64,000 nt of DNA from Octopus sinensis. Taxonomy: Eukaryota. Of this stretch, positions 36,951-50,795 are shown piece after piece. Both the position numbers and the translations under genes were made by a program. The stretch is from NCBI RefSeq assembly GCF_006345805.1, contig NC_042997.1:196974001-197038000 (forward strand), read 5' to 3'. Under the pieces are notes generated by a model. It did no database searches. It was not told where the DNA came from and saw nothing but the letters and a program-made list of their open reading frames with translations. Positions within the stretch are counted from its first letter, which is position 1, and every line of letters begins with the position of its first letter.

Positions 36951-37071
36951 CACATTGAGTCTGTGTAAATGAATATTTATATATATATATATTATATATA
37001 TATATATATATCTATATATATATATATATATTCATTTACACACACTCATATATATATATATATATATATAT

Positions 37072-37250
37072 AACGGGAAGCTTTATGAAAATAAACAAAA
37101 GACGAAGGCAGGTGGAAAACAAACGAACAATTGTATTAGTATGGCGCTCAGGAAATATAAATAAAACAAGTCTTTAATGTTTCGAGCCTACGCTCTTCAA
37201 CAGAAAGATACACAGAGAGAGAAAAACACAGAAAGAAGGAGAGAAAAAAA
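37072..37250 (-). mobile_element. Penelope-like pLTR fragment (same family as 4745)
   Basis: Reverse complement aligns with 4745-4917 and ends at (TA)n. Confidence 0.62.
37171..37208 (-). ncRNA. Minimal hammerhead-like motif (A6U variant)
   Basis: Minus strand: tcttt-CTGTTGA-a-gagc-gtag-gctc-GAAAC-ATT-aaaga. Stem I is 5 bp and stem II is 4 bp. Confidence 0.6.
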
Positions 37251-37573
37251 ATGCGTGCAGTACAACAAACGGGACAGTTTATGCGAACAAGTTCAAGGTT
37301 GAAAGTTCAAGGTGAGAAATGTGTAGACGTCGTGGTATATTTTTTAAGGATTTCACATCAATGCAAAGTCACTTTGATCCGCGAAAGAGAGGTGCAGCCA
37401 ATGGTAAGTATCCAAGAGGTAAAGAAAATCCAAGGTAGAGGTAAGTGTTGATAGTGGTATTGGTAGAATATAGGATACATACATATACACAATTGAGTGT
37501 GTGTAAATGAATATTTATATATATATATAACTATATATATGTATATCTACTTCGATATATATATATATATATA

Positions 37574-37951
37574 TCTCTATATAAACGGCAGTTTGTCTGT
37601 GCGTTTTCTGTGTGTCTGTTTTCTCGTACCCTCACTCTGGCCACGGCTTTCAACCGATTCTGATGAAACTTGACACACACATAGCCCAATGTCATAATTC
37701 AAAACTAACGCAGCGAAAATTTTGAAAAGTTCCCCCAGTTCTGAAAAAAATCGATAAATTCGACATGGGGTCGAGAATCAGAAACCCAAACCACAGACCG
37801 TCTAGGGGACGCAACTCCACCTTTTTTAACTCTCAAAAAAATTTACCATCATTTTTTTTCCATTTTTTTGCTATTTTTTGGCTATAACTCTCCAAAAATG
37901 CTTTATAGTTATTTCCCTTACAAACCTGAGCAACGCCGGGCGATACTGCTA

Positions 37952-37952
<1 letters not shown>
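37574..37952 (+). mobile_element. Non-autonomous Helitron-type element
   Basis: A|TC 5' end, CTAG|T 3' end, subterminal hairpin cctgagcaacgccggg (37925-37940), no TSD, inserted in (TA)n. Confidence 0.75.
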
Positions 37953-37986
<34 letters not shown>

Positions 37987-37999
37987 TTTACACACACTC

Positions 38000-38068
<69 letters not shown>

Positions 38069-39165
38069 ATATATGTATGTATGTATTATGTGCTTTTGTG
38101 TGTATGTATCTGTGTGTCTGTGTGTATGTATAAAATGGAATTAAAGAAGCAAAGTAAGTCTTTAAGACATCTTTAACGATCAGTTACGATGGTTTCGGAG
38201 CCAACTCTGCTTTCAACCCTATTTAACGCAAAGTCTCATGTGAAAATTTACGTAATATTTGCAATTTTCGACATTAGAGTGATATTTCTTCTTGTCTGCA
38301 TGAAAAGGGTGCTCTTACATTGTACCACTATATATTGTTCAATTAAATAGTGTTGCTTGAAACGATCGTACTGAATTACCTCTGGATATCCTTGTGTATT
38401 TTGATTTTGTACCACTGTATATATATATATATATATATAGTAATGTATATAAAAGTTAACGTATGCAACGAGGCGCAGTAAAATATTATAAAGGAAAGAT
38501 TTTATCATCACTAATTGTGGCTGACGGTGATGGGGAATATATGTATATGTCTGTATGTGTATGTTGTGTTTGTGTGTGCGTGTCCCCCCACAATATCCAG
38601 GTCTTGTTTCTATAGTAGAACAGATTATTATATATATATATGTATATATATATATGATTGTATAACTATTTAAGAATATATATATATAGCAATAAGAAAA
38701 TGGAGGGGATCAATAGGTGGTTCATCAACTCTTAGACATTATATTATGCTAACTTATTTATTTATTTCTTAAACTGATAATTACAATAATTATATTTGTG
38801 TGTGTGTTGGTGAGGTTACATCCCATTAACTTAGCCCGATCGTCAAACGATACAGGCTTAAAACAAAGGAGTCGGGTCGATTCATTCGACTAAACATTGT
38901 TTAAGGTGGTATCCCAGCGTGGCCGCAATCTAATGTCCGAAAACAAGTAAAACACTCACACGCACACATATCTTTTATATATCATTATTAAAATGTAGCT
39001 CATTCAATGCGAGTGCGTTTGCGAATGTATGTTTGTATGGGTGTACGTATTTCTAAGTACCTTCGATATCATTGCTATTTTGACAAAGTATCGTAATAGT
39101 TCACACCGTTCCGTTTCTTTTTACATTAGCAACAGTTTCAGCTTAACAATAATTCTTTGCTGCAA

Positions 39166-39775
39166 GCCGGCGAGCTGGCAGAATCGTTAGCACGCCGGGC
39201 GAAATGCTTAGCGGTATGTTCTGATTTCAAATTTCGCCGAAGTCGACTTTACCTTTCAGGGTCGATAAATGAAATACTGGTTCCGTACTGGAGTCAATCT
39301 AATCGACTGGCCCCCTCCCCAAAAGATTTATTTGTTTCAAATAAGGCGGAAAGCTGGCACGTCGGGCGAAATGCTTAGCGGTATTTCGTCTCTCTTTACG
39401 TCCTGAGTTCAAATTCCACCGAGGTAGACTTTGCCTTTCACCCTTCGGGGTCAATAAATTAAGTACCAGTTACGTACTGGGGTCGATCTAATCGACTAAT
39501 CCCCCCCTCAAAATTTTCGGTCCTTGTGCTTAGAGTAGAAAAGAATACTACTTTGTTGTAAGCCGGTGAGCTGGGGGAATCGTTAGCACGCCGGACGAAA
39601 TGCTTAGCGGTATCTGGTCTGTCTTTACGTTCTGGTTTCAAATTCCGCCGAGGTCGACTTTGTCTTTCATCCTTCGGGGTCAATAAATTAAGTACCAGTT
39701 GCGTACTGAGGACGATCTAATCGACTGGCCTCCTCCTCAAAATGTTCGGGCCTTGTGCCTCGAGTAGAGAAAAAA
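39166..39775 (+). mobile_element. Three head-to-tail SINE-A copies (older tail type)
   Basis: Heads at ~39166, ~39344 and ~39562. The first and third share the 5' flank ctttg(c/t)tg(c/t)aagccgg. Confidence 0.8.
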
Positions 39776-39784
39776 TAACACATT

Positions 39785-40034
39785 TTGAGCGCATAAAATC
39801 GTAACTTTATGCATGTATGATATTTTCAGTCAGACATATTTTCGCAAAACTGTCGTATGTGGGGCTTATTACACTTTTGAAAAACGCTAAAACGTTCTAC
39901 TTTGACAATTTCCATATCTAGGCATCTGAAGCAGCTGGAGCTACGATAGAACGGGCTCTTGCAATCAAAATTAAATATTGAAAAAATATTTGGCCAAATT
40001 TGGACATACAACAGTTTAACATAATAGCAACGAT
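39785..40034 (-). mobile_element. Partial copy of the 56905-57289 TIR element
   Basis: One TIR cataatagcaacgat (40020-40034) and ~250 bp of internal homology. Confidence 0.7.
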
Positions 40035-40636
40035 ATATATATATTTCGTCTATTTCATGCCTATAAACGAAAATGCATACATTCTCATTCATTCACTCAC
40101 TCAATCACACTTGCACTCAACCAATACATCCACCGCCTTCTTCGCACACACTCACGAACTCCCCCTCTCCACCACCGACTCACGCCTACGCACACTCACA
40201 TATTCACACCGCACCACCAACCTTCACTCAACTAGCCACCTTTTCTCCCTCCACCTCCCCTTCTTTCCCTGCCTCCTCTTCCCTCACTCCATCCTTCCCT
40301 CCGTCCGTCCATCCCGCCTCCCCCCCTCTCTCTCTCTCTCTCTATCTCACACCAAATCCTCTCACATCTGTCGTGTTAAATGTCAACCCTTACAACGCTG
40401 GAACGTTTCCAGAGTGTTTCATAGAGTTGTCTCCTCATTCAATTAAATCAATGCTCTTACTTGTACTTGAACCTATTACATTTCCTTTAAACCTGACACT
40501 GACAAACATATGTAAAAGGAATCAAAACTGGCGCGATTTCAAACCGCAACAGCTTCAAGACACTTTAGCGCTAAACATCTCAGACATTTAATCCACCGTT
40601 CAATAGTTTCTGGCATACGCTACCAAACACCGATTA

Positions 40637-40772
40637 ACTACTACTACTACTACTACTACTACTAATAATAATAGTAATAAAGTCACTGCTGCTGCCGCTA
40701 CTACAGCTGCCACTAGTGCCGGCACCTCCACTAAGATTGCCACCACTAACATCACCAATGCTGCTGCTGCTG

Positions 40773-40817
<45 letters not shown>

Positions 40818-41225
40818 TAATAATAATAATAATAATGATGATAATAATAACAATACTGCTGCTGTACTACAGCTGCCACCTCCACTACTATTACTAATAT
40901 TACTACTACTACTACTACTACCACCACCACAATCAATACTAATGTCAACACCATCACCATACTACTACTACTACTACTATTACTACTACTACTATTACTA
41001 CTACAGCTATTGCTACTACAACTATTACTACTACAACTATTGCTACTACAACTATTACTACTACAACTATTACAACTACTACTACCACCACCACCACTAC
41101 CACCACTACTGCTACTACTGCTATTGTTGTTCATGGTGTTGCTACTACCATACCGTCACCACCACCACCGACAGCCCCGTCAGAACTACAACCTTTACTA
41201 CTACTACTACTACCACCACTACTAT
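40637..41225. repeat. (ACT)n/(AAT)n/(GCT)n/(ACC)n trinucleotide mosaic
   Basis: Directly visible. Confidence 0.92.
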
Positions 41226-41471
41226 TGTCTCTGCTTCTATAACTGCTACTACCGACACCCCCGCCCCACACACCCATAAGTGCTGACCAGTAAAACTCAA
41301 CGCATATCTTGCACGATACCCAATTACCACCCGACGTTACGACTCACACGACATTTCTGAAGGGCTGACATCATCCAGTAAGTGACCACAACTAAAGGGG
41401 AACATTCTGTAGAGAACAAGCGACACACATATATATAGGGAGAGGGAGGAGTTGAGGCCATGAGGTACAAT

Positions 41472-41989
41472 GAGAAGAAGGGAAGATAAATGATAAGGAA
41501 GTGTAGGGAGAGGGAGAAGAAAAGAAAGAATGAGAGGGATAAGGAGGAGGAAGGGGAGGATGGTGAAGAATCAGAAGATGAAGGAAAAGAAGAAGAAGAA
41601 GAAGGAGATAAGAAAAGAAGGAGAGACGAAGAAGGAGAGAAGAAGAAGGAGAGAAGAAAAGAAGAGAAGAAGAAGGAGAGAAGAAAAGAAGAGAAGAAGG
41701 AGAAGGAGGAGGAGAAGAAGAAAAAGTAAAAGAGAAAGATGAAGCAGCAGAAGGTGGAGAGGAAGAAATAGAAAGAAAAGGTTACGGGGAGAAGAAGAAG
41801 AAGAAAAAAAGAAGGAAACGAAGCAGTAGAAGTAGAGGAACAAGAACAACAACAATAACAACAACAACAAGTAGAAGGACAAGTAGAAGAAGAGGAAGAG
41901 AAAGGAAGAAGAAGAAGAAGAAGAAGAAGAAGAAGAAGAAGAAGAAGAAGAAGAAGAAGAAGAAGAAAACGAAGACAAAAGAAGAAAAT
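41472..41989. repeat. Purine-rich (GAA)n/(GGA)n tract
   Basis: Directly visible; pure (GAA)n at ~41904-41966. Confidence 0.93.
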
Positions 41990-42384
41990 CTGGACGGATA
42001 ACGACAAAGCAAAGAACGACTTGTTGAAAGACGCAGCGCAAAAAAGGAGAAAGGAAGAAAATAGATTTTTTAAAAAATGGCTTAAAATAGTAATTGGTGT
42101 AAAAAAAAGAACCGAAAAAATAAATGATTGGTCAGAATATAATACAGACGTTATCGAGTACAAGTAAAATTTATCTGGATAATCATAGATTCGAATGTTT
42201 GAAAGACAAATAATCTATGAGCAGACGATATATCTACTTCCGGCTAAATGTTCCCGCTGCCTCTTTCCTATTGTGACGAAGATTAAATGCCACGTATCTC
42301 TCTATCTCTGTATCTTTACTTTCAGTGCACGCGAGAATAAGAATAAGTGCTATTTCATATTTCTCTCTCATTTCAGTAAATTTC

Positions 42385-42530
42385 TGTTTGTGTGTGTGTA
42401 ATTGAGTGTGTGTATTTGATTATGTGTATTTGAGTGTATGTGTTTGTGTGTGTGTGTTTGTGTGTGCGTGTTTGAGTGTGCGTTTGAGTGTGCGTGTGTG
42501 TTTGTGTGTGTGTGTTTGAGTGTGCGTGTT

Positions 42531-42561
<31 letters not shown>

Positions 42562-42690
42562 TTGTGTGTGTGTGTTTGTGTGCGTGTTTGTGTGTGTGTG
42601 TGTGTTTGTGTGTGTGTGTGGTTTGTTTGTGAGTGTGTGTGTGTGTGTGTGTGGTGGGGTGAGTGTTTGTGTGTGCGTGTTTAACTGTAT
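42385..42690. repeat. Degenerate (GT)n/(GTTTGT)n repeat
   Basis: Directly visible. Confidence 0.92.
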
Positions 42691-43124
42691 TTGCGTGTGT
42701 GTGTTCAGAGATTTGTATTCTCAATTTATGTCATTCATGTAAAAGAACCCAGATACATTCACGCACACATACATATACGTACACACACACACGCACACAA
42801 TCACACACGTACGTATACACAATAGTTTTAAACGTGAAATTTATGCCCTGCTCAAAAACGTTACACACACAATTTCAAATAGTATATGTTCATAAGGTAA
42901 CTTGCTTGTGTGTATGTGTGTTGTTGTTGTTGTTGTTGTGTGTATGCGCGTGCGAGTGTGTACGTGCGTGTGTATATATGTACGCGCACGAAGATATATA
43001 TATATGTTTATGTGTGTTATGTATATATATATATAGCCATGTGCGCGTACATATGCACACACACATATATATATGCATATGTATATGTGTGCATGTGTAC
43101 ATGTATATACATAGTCATAGAGAG

Positions 43125-43210
43125 ATACGGATATATATATACATACATATATATATATACATATATACATATACATATATATATATATACTATATACATA
43201 CATATATTAC

Positions 43211-43263
<53 letters not shown>

Positions 43264-43476
43264 ATATATATATAATATACCATACATATATACATACATA
43301 TATATATATACATACATATATACATACATATATATATATATATATTACATACATATATATGTATATATAATATATATATACATACATATATACATACATA
43401 TATATATACATATATACATATATATAGACATATATACATATATACATACATATATACATATATATACATATATATA

Positions 43477-43511
<35 letters not shown>

Positions 43512-43618
43512 GCATATATACACATACATATATATATATACATACATATATACATACATATATATATATACATATATACATATATATACATACATATATA
43601 TACATATATATATATACA

Positions 43619-43649
<31 letters not shown>

Positions 43650-43650
43650 A
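43125..43650. repeat. (TA)n/(TACA)n compound microsatellite
   Basis: Directly visible. Confidence 0.95.
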
Positions 43651-43740
43651 TAAACACAAACACGCCCCACCCCGTCACACACACACACACAAAGGCACAT
43701 AAAGACACACAGACACACACACAGACAGAGAGACATACGA

Positions 43741-43772
<32 letters not shown>

Positions 43773-44513
43773 GAAATCTAACGTTGATAAACATTGATTA
43801 ACTCGCAATATTTGCTTGTCCCTCCACATTTCCTCACAAAGACATAATTTGTACACAACAGATACGGAAATAGGTCGCGGTCTTCGCCCACTCATCAAAG
43901 TAATTCGACGACATGCATCTTAGTCATAGACCGAATTATTTTTCTACATTAACAATGACCAACAGGCAGATCTATGCTTAATACATTACAATATTTCGTC
44001 CGTATTTATTTCCGACAGTGAAATGGTGATATATATTCATGCTGTATATGCTTTCAACGAATAACATATCTTGCAGGGAAAAGCTGTGTGCTATATAGAT
44101 TTCTCATACAGAAATTAAGCCGTTGATCATTAGTCAAGTTATGCTTAAATAATAAAGCGGTTTACCGTTAACTGAAAGATTGCAGATGTTTAACTCTTGT
44201 AACTCGGTCGAATATGTTTCATCTCTTGTAAACTAGAGCGCACTTGATGACACATTATCCAGAGTAAGGTCATTATTGCGTTGTTACCGTGTAGAAATTG
44301 CCGAGAATTGGTTATCGAGTATAGATTAAGTTAAAATGGTAATTGAAATATTGTCATCTAATGGCTTGCTTAGACAATGGCGTCAAATTGAGCGAAAGAT
44401 GCATTAGGAAGAGATCGTTAATTATATGGAAACTTATAAGTGTTAAGGAAGAAACGAATTATGTATTGAATATGCCTATTCATGTATATCTATCTATCTC
44501 TTTCTCTCACTCT

Positions 44514-44553
<40 letters not shown>

Positions 44554-45431
44554 GCATATGTGCTCATATGCAATTATATATAATTCTACATACATACATA
44601 CATATACATATATATATGGTGTGTATGTGTGTGTGTATATATATATGAATGCATTTATATATATAAATGTATGCGTATGTATATATGTATATATTATATG
44701 TATATGCATATACATATATATATATACGCACGTATATAAGTGTAACTATGTATATGTATATATATATGTATAAGTAGGCTTGTATACATACAAATGTTTG
44801 TAGATATCTATATGTATGTATATATAAATAATAGATATGTACGTATGTACTTGTATATATGTGTGAGTATATATGTGCGAATGTATGTGTGTGTGCATGT
44901 GTGTGTGTGTATTGGTACACTCCCAAAGCAAGTGTAATTATTCTATACTTACGTATGTTATATGAGAATATTTATTTCAAATATAATGAGTATCGAACAA
45001 ATTAAATGTCCGTAACCTGCGGTTAGATGATACAAGGTGCATGTCAGCTTGTCTCGAACGAAGTAAAGGTGACTCTAGTACTGTATTATCGCATCCTAGG
45101 AACTACAGCTTAATCTTATATCTAATTGCAATCTGTTCGCAAACGCTAAGACTATACAGTAACTCAGCGTGTTAATATAATTCCTCATATGTATATATTT
45201 CACTAAGTCGTTGCGAGAACTCAATATAGAAGTGCTTCAGAACGAAGTGTTAGTCGAGTATAGAACAATAATACGAAAATTCACTTCGTATTCGAGGCTC
45301 CGATGTAGCTACAAGGTGTTACTCAGGTACTCAGCTATGAGAACATTGTATCTTATGGTTGAAACAGCTTTTAACTAATAAAGTTCTTAAAATATTCGCT
45401 TATTCGTGTGTCATCTCGTTTACACACACAC

Positions 45432-45474
<43 letters not shown>

Positions 45475-45510
45475 ATATATATTATACATACATATACATA
45501 CATATATATA

Positions 45511-45706
45511 TGACCGCGTGTGTATCGTTGGTGATTTTCTTTCTCGTCTTCCCTTCCTTGGACTTTTCCTTTTTCTATATTTCTGACGAAGAGCTCCGTT
45601 CTAAACGTTAAATCCTCCTTCTTGCTTTCCATTCGTGACCGTCCAATAACGCTATACTTGTTCCACCTCCTCGTGCTGTTGTGTTTTCTCTTTGTTCATG
45701 TTTAGA

Positions 45707-45709
<3 letters not shown>
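45511..45709 (+). mobile_element. Penelope-like pLTR fragment (related to the 4745/37072 family)
   Basis: Hammerhead-like motif plus downstream ccacctcctcgtgctgttgtgttttc similarity. Flanked by microsatellites. Confidence 0.55.
45579..45614 (+). ncRNA. Degenerate minimal hammerhead-like motif
   Basis: attt-CTGACGA-a-gagc-tcc-gttc-tAAAC-GTT-aaat. The CUGACGA half is intact but G12 is absent (T45602). Confidence 0.5.
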
Positions 45710-45758
<49 letters not shown>

Positions 45759-45784
45759 ATATATTATATATATATATATATAAA

Positions 45785-46086
45785 GGCTCATTGCTTAGTG
45801 GTTAGGGTATTGCACTCATGATCGCGAAATCGTGGGTTCGATTCCGGGACCGGGCCCCGCGTTGTGTTCTTGAGTAAAGCACATTATTTCACATTGCTCT
45901 GCGACCATTTTGACATCTGACATGTGGCACCCAGTTGCACCTGTACAGCTAATGTCAATTTGATGGAGGGAGTGAGCTTATGCTTACGCAAACATTTGAT
46001 CTCCATAAACAAATCATCTGTGTCGTTGTTGTTCGGTAAGAAATTTTCGAACCATCGTACGTCGTCCTACGACGGGAGAGCCCATT
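45785..46086 (+). mobile_element. tRNA-derived SINE, head D + tail Z
   Basis: ttagtggttagggt...gggttcgattcc head and ttgagtaaagcacattatttcacattgctc block shared with the 50796 and 54952 copies. Confidence 0.7.
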
Positions 46087-46430
46087 ATATATAGCTAGGT
46101 TATATTCTATTTAAAAAAAATACTAGATTACAGTATAAAGCTCATCCACCTTCATATTTCGCCCAATCCTATCGAACAGTAGTATCATACTTACTGTCAC
46201 AATTGCGTTGGGGCTTCTGTGGTGTGTGAATGGGTAATTGAATAAGTTAGAGCAAAGAAGGAGTACAGAGGAATATTTACTTGTAATCACTACAATTGTT
46301 TCCACGCAACGTAGTTTTCCAGAGAATTACGTTGTGTGGAAACAATTGTAGTGTTCCCCTCCATCCCTTCCTGTTGACTCCAACTTATTCAATTTATATA
46401 TATATATATATTATATATATATTATACATA

Positions 46431-46760
46431 GGCGCAGGAATAACCGTGTCGTAAGTTCCGGGTTCAGTCCCACCGCGTGGCAACTTCGGCAATTGTCTTC
46501 TAATATAGCCTTGGCCCGACCAGAGCCTTGTCAGTGGATATGGTAGAGGGAAACTGAAAGAAGACCTTCGTATATATATATATATATATATATGCTTGTG
46601 TATTTTCGTTTGTCCCCTCAACATCGCTTGACAACTGAAGCTGGAGTGTTTACGTCCCCGTAGCTTAGCGGTTCGGCAAAAGCGATCGGTAGAATAAGTC
46701 CTGGGGTCGATCTGTTCGACTAAAGGCGGTGCTCCAGCATGGCCGCACTGAAATGGCTGA
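46431..46760 (+). mobile_element. SINE family B with internal deletions
   Basis: gttccgggttcagtcccac, ggaaactgaaagaag and ggcggtgctccagcatggccgca blocks. Confidence 0.8.
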
Positions 46761-48027
46761 TATAAATGTATGTATATATATATATATAAACATACATTTA
46801 TATCAGTCAGTTATATATATGCACAGGTAGACAACACCACTACAGAGCATTGAAGAAACATTTCTCATGACAGCACAATTGATTAACCTCTTGACCTCTG
46901 AACAGGTGGAGGCTTATACTTATAGCTCACCATCTTTCGTACTTCGGGAAAACATCAGAGGACTTGATTAAAGTTGAAATATATATTTATAATAATACAC
47001 TATTGTCCCATGTAAATTCCTAAAGGTTGAGTTGTCACTTGCGAGCAAGCATAATTTGGTCGCGTGCAACATGTTTAAGGTCACGAGTGGTCCAAGCATT
47101 TCCTCTTTGATGTGATAACAGGTTGATGAGAGTATTTCATTAGTACTAAGCTGCTACTTGTTTTCAGTTTAGTCGCGAAATCACACCAGTTGGTATACGA
47201 TCTAAGTCTTATGATTGCGAACCCAGGACACGAACCACTACGCCACCTGTTTTCACAATGAAGAAAAATTCAAAGAAGCCTAATATACGTCATCTAAATT
47301 GTTATTAATGCTACTGTTGTTTATGAAAGTCACTATTGATTTTTTATCTTAATTATTATGACATTTACATAAAATAGAATAACCAGTTCTTCCTGACAGT
47401 AAGTAAACACCGTCCTTGAATGATAACAGATATGTAAACAACAGCAGTATACAATAGTCGTTAGAAGTCTAATGTTTCATCAGACTCACTATTTTTCTAA
47501 AGTTCACCGAGTACCTCTTCAGTTTCCTGGAGAAATTTATAAACTTCAGAGTAATTCTTTGTCTTGCGCGCCGCATGATTTTGGTATTTAACTAAAGCTT
47601 CATCGAAGAAAGAACCGGTTATTAACTCATAAAAATTAAGAGAGAAAACCATTTAACCATTTTTTTAAAGAACATAAATTTCTTTGTATTTTGTCACGCT
47701 TGGTTTCACTTCAAGAATGTTATATTTTTGTTCATTCTTTTTTATGGAGTGAAAAACAAAAACCGAAAAAAAAAGAAACTTTGATTTTTATAGTTTTTAT
47801 GAGTGATGGCCACTTGTAGAACGTTTTTAATGAAGACATAAATGTCACTAGTGCCAATATTGGTACTTTAATATGAAAGTTTCTTATGAGAAATGTAAAC
47901 AATCTAATGGCTAGGTTGAAATCAAAGGATATTACAAACTGTACACTTCAACAATTCTGCACTTTGTAATACAAACACATAACCACACATGCATACAGAC
48001 ACACACACACACGCACACACACACGCG

Positions 48028-48080
<53 letters not shown>

Positions 48081-50077
48081 TAAAAAATAAAGACCATACG
48101 GACTTCCAGAACTAATATCATAAAAAATTAATTTAAGGTAATTTGATTTATTTCAATTCATTTTCCTGTATGATTAAATGATTTCTTTATGAAATTGAAA
48201 CCGGTAGAATATTTTGTTAAAAATGTAAATACTTTCTTTGAGTATGATAAATTCTCAAAATATATTTTCTTGTGTTTGATTTTTAATATAAATTGATACA
48301 TAATAATTCTCTTCATTTTCACACACACACACACACACACCCACCCACACAAACACACATATGTATAGATATATATGTAGACAATATATAAATAAATAAG
48401 CGGCACTGCCGCTGATCTTGCAGCAAGAAGAGTTGCTAGTTCTAACATTTCTATGAGAGATGTAAGAAGTAACTCTACTAACATTTGATGGTTTTTATAC
48501 ATATATACGAATCTGTGTTATGCGTGAGATATTTTTATTTCCCATAGTCAATACAATCATTGGTTCTATTTCTCCAGTTGTTTAAAAAGTTGACCAGTAA
48601 ATTAATCTAATGTTTCATTAACCGTCAGGTCACTGAATCAAAGAAGGTTTGTCAAAGCCAGTTTTCTGTAATCCTCCAATTAATTGTTCAAATAATATAC
48701 CAATTCACAAATGAATAATAATAATAAATGAAATAGAACCACTGGGTGTGTTTATTATTCGGCATCTGGAGATACACAATATATTGTTTCAACATACGCG
48801 AGATCACATCAAATATCTTAGAAACCAAATACTTTTATATACATATGTATATAATTATATAATTATAATAAATTATATAATTTATATACATATGTATATA
48901 ATAGATATCTATATTACACAAACGCCAACATATCAAAAGCAAACTTTTAAAACCAGAGATATGCATCGAAATGACTTTTGAGTAATTGTTTAAAACAACA
49001 ACTTGAATGTATCTGATTCTGACTGGAAGACCCAGATTCGACTACTGTCTATACGGCATCTATCCCAGTTTGACTGAAGAAAAATTCACGTGTGTGAAGC
49101 CGGCAGTTTGCAGATCGCGTTTTAATTGTTATCATGAAATCGACCAAATATGCACTTATACAGGTTTTGAAAGTAAGCTCCTCATATGCATATATATTTG
49201 CACACATCCATATGTATATATGGATGTGTGCAAGTTATCTCCGTAGAGATGACTCAAAATGGATTAAATCGCACTGCTAACACTAAAAATAATGCAATGT
49301 ACTGGCATAGAAACATTTAATATACTCGATGGCATATTATGGTTGCAATACGAAATAGTGTCTCTACCAGCAATTACTATGTAAGAACGTATGTATATAT
49401 ATATGAATAAATAATCTAACATTGTAATATCCGTAAGTTGATGAACAAACTAAATTTGTTTCTCCATTTTCTTATTTGTATTTTATATATATATATATAT
49501 ATATACACATACAGAGTGTGATTCACGAAATCCTGTTGGTGGGGAGCCTGTAAGGGGAGAGTGTCCATGAAACTTTACAGGATTTCCGAAACAGAAAAGG
49601 AAGTATTTATTTTCTCACTCCGGAGATATAATACCAATATATGCAACGGTATGGAAGCTGCTAATGGCACTCAGATCAAAGCATGTATGAATAAAACATG
49701 AACTGATCGGAGTTGGTTTGGTAGGCTTTGGTTTGAGACCTCTTCTCTTCCATATATCAGGACCGACCAGGATGACTCAACTCAACGAAAACAATGATAT
49801 ATAATCGATTTCACTCTACTGTGTGGGATGTGTTGATAAAATACAGATTCATTAATGCAAGGACAATTCACGAAATCACAGTCGGCCTTGAGCATCTCTT
49901 GGAAATGATTAATATTATATGTGCAAATGGTTATTTTTAACTGAAGCTGTCCATGTTGAAAATCCGCAAATGTAACTACATGCTGAGAGGAATACCATAG
50001 AAACAAAACTGTACCAAATACATTACAACACGTTTTGTTATATGTGGTCTGTAGATTTTTAAGTTCAATTATCATGC

Positions 50078-50352
50078 ATTAGGTTGTCAGCTAAATTCGT
50101 TCGCTTTTTCCACCCCACTGCACATCATCGTCATGTTTGAAAAGAGCTAAAATTTATTCAAATTTCAGTTATCAATCGATACATAAAACTTGTAGATGAA
50201 CAACTGACCTATAAAAATCTGTGTGGAACACTGAAATAACTAAGATAGAATATATTTTTTTTAGAGAATAATAATATTGGCACGGATTTAATATGGAATA
50301 AAATAAAAAAAAATTTAAGAAAATCCGAACGAATTTATCTAACAACCCAATA
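50078..50352. mobile_element. mariner-type MITE (second family)
   Basis: Imperfect ~30-bp TIRs attaggttgtcagctaaattcgttcg / ccgaacgaatttatctaacaacccaata, similar in style to the 30590 TIRs. Confidence 0.65.
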
Positions 50353-50795
50353 TATTATTTTACGTAAGAATTTTCTTCTTACCTTTTAAATATTTCGATT
50401 AATCTTTTTTCCTGTAGTAGTCAGCTGTAAAAATAAAAATAAAGATAAAATTAAACCAAAACTGAAGTTTTAAAAGTATGATAATTTTTATACTGAATCT
50501 ATTCAGGTACAACATTAAATAATTCCTTATATTTGTTTCTTATTACATGCAAGGAAAATAATACTGTATTACATTTAGAAGTATGTTGGAAATTGTTTTA
50601 ATATAAGATATACAACAATACAATAAATATATTCACGTACGGCGTTAATTTTTTATAGTATTCTGTGTGGAATAATACAGTGAGCTTATACAAAACTTTG
50701 AATATGGAGCAACACACTTCAAAATGACAACTTCAACAGAAATCCTGAATTCTATATGTATGTTTGTATGTGTGCATATATATATATATATATAT

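Noticed and set aside
40634-42163. Low-complexity ORFs (poly-S/Y/L/F/E/K/R, up to 279 aa)
   Set aside because: Products of (ACT)n and (GAA)n tracts.
47460-47530. Minus-strand CTGAAGA...GAAAC spacing reminiscent of a hammerhead
   Set aside because: No stem II adjacent to the core, no NUH with a pairable stem III, and no stem I.
47999-48079. (CA)n with an embedded (CG)n run (potential Z-DNA)
   Set aside because: An ordinary microsatellite variant with no evidence of function.
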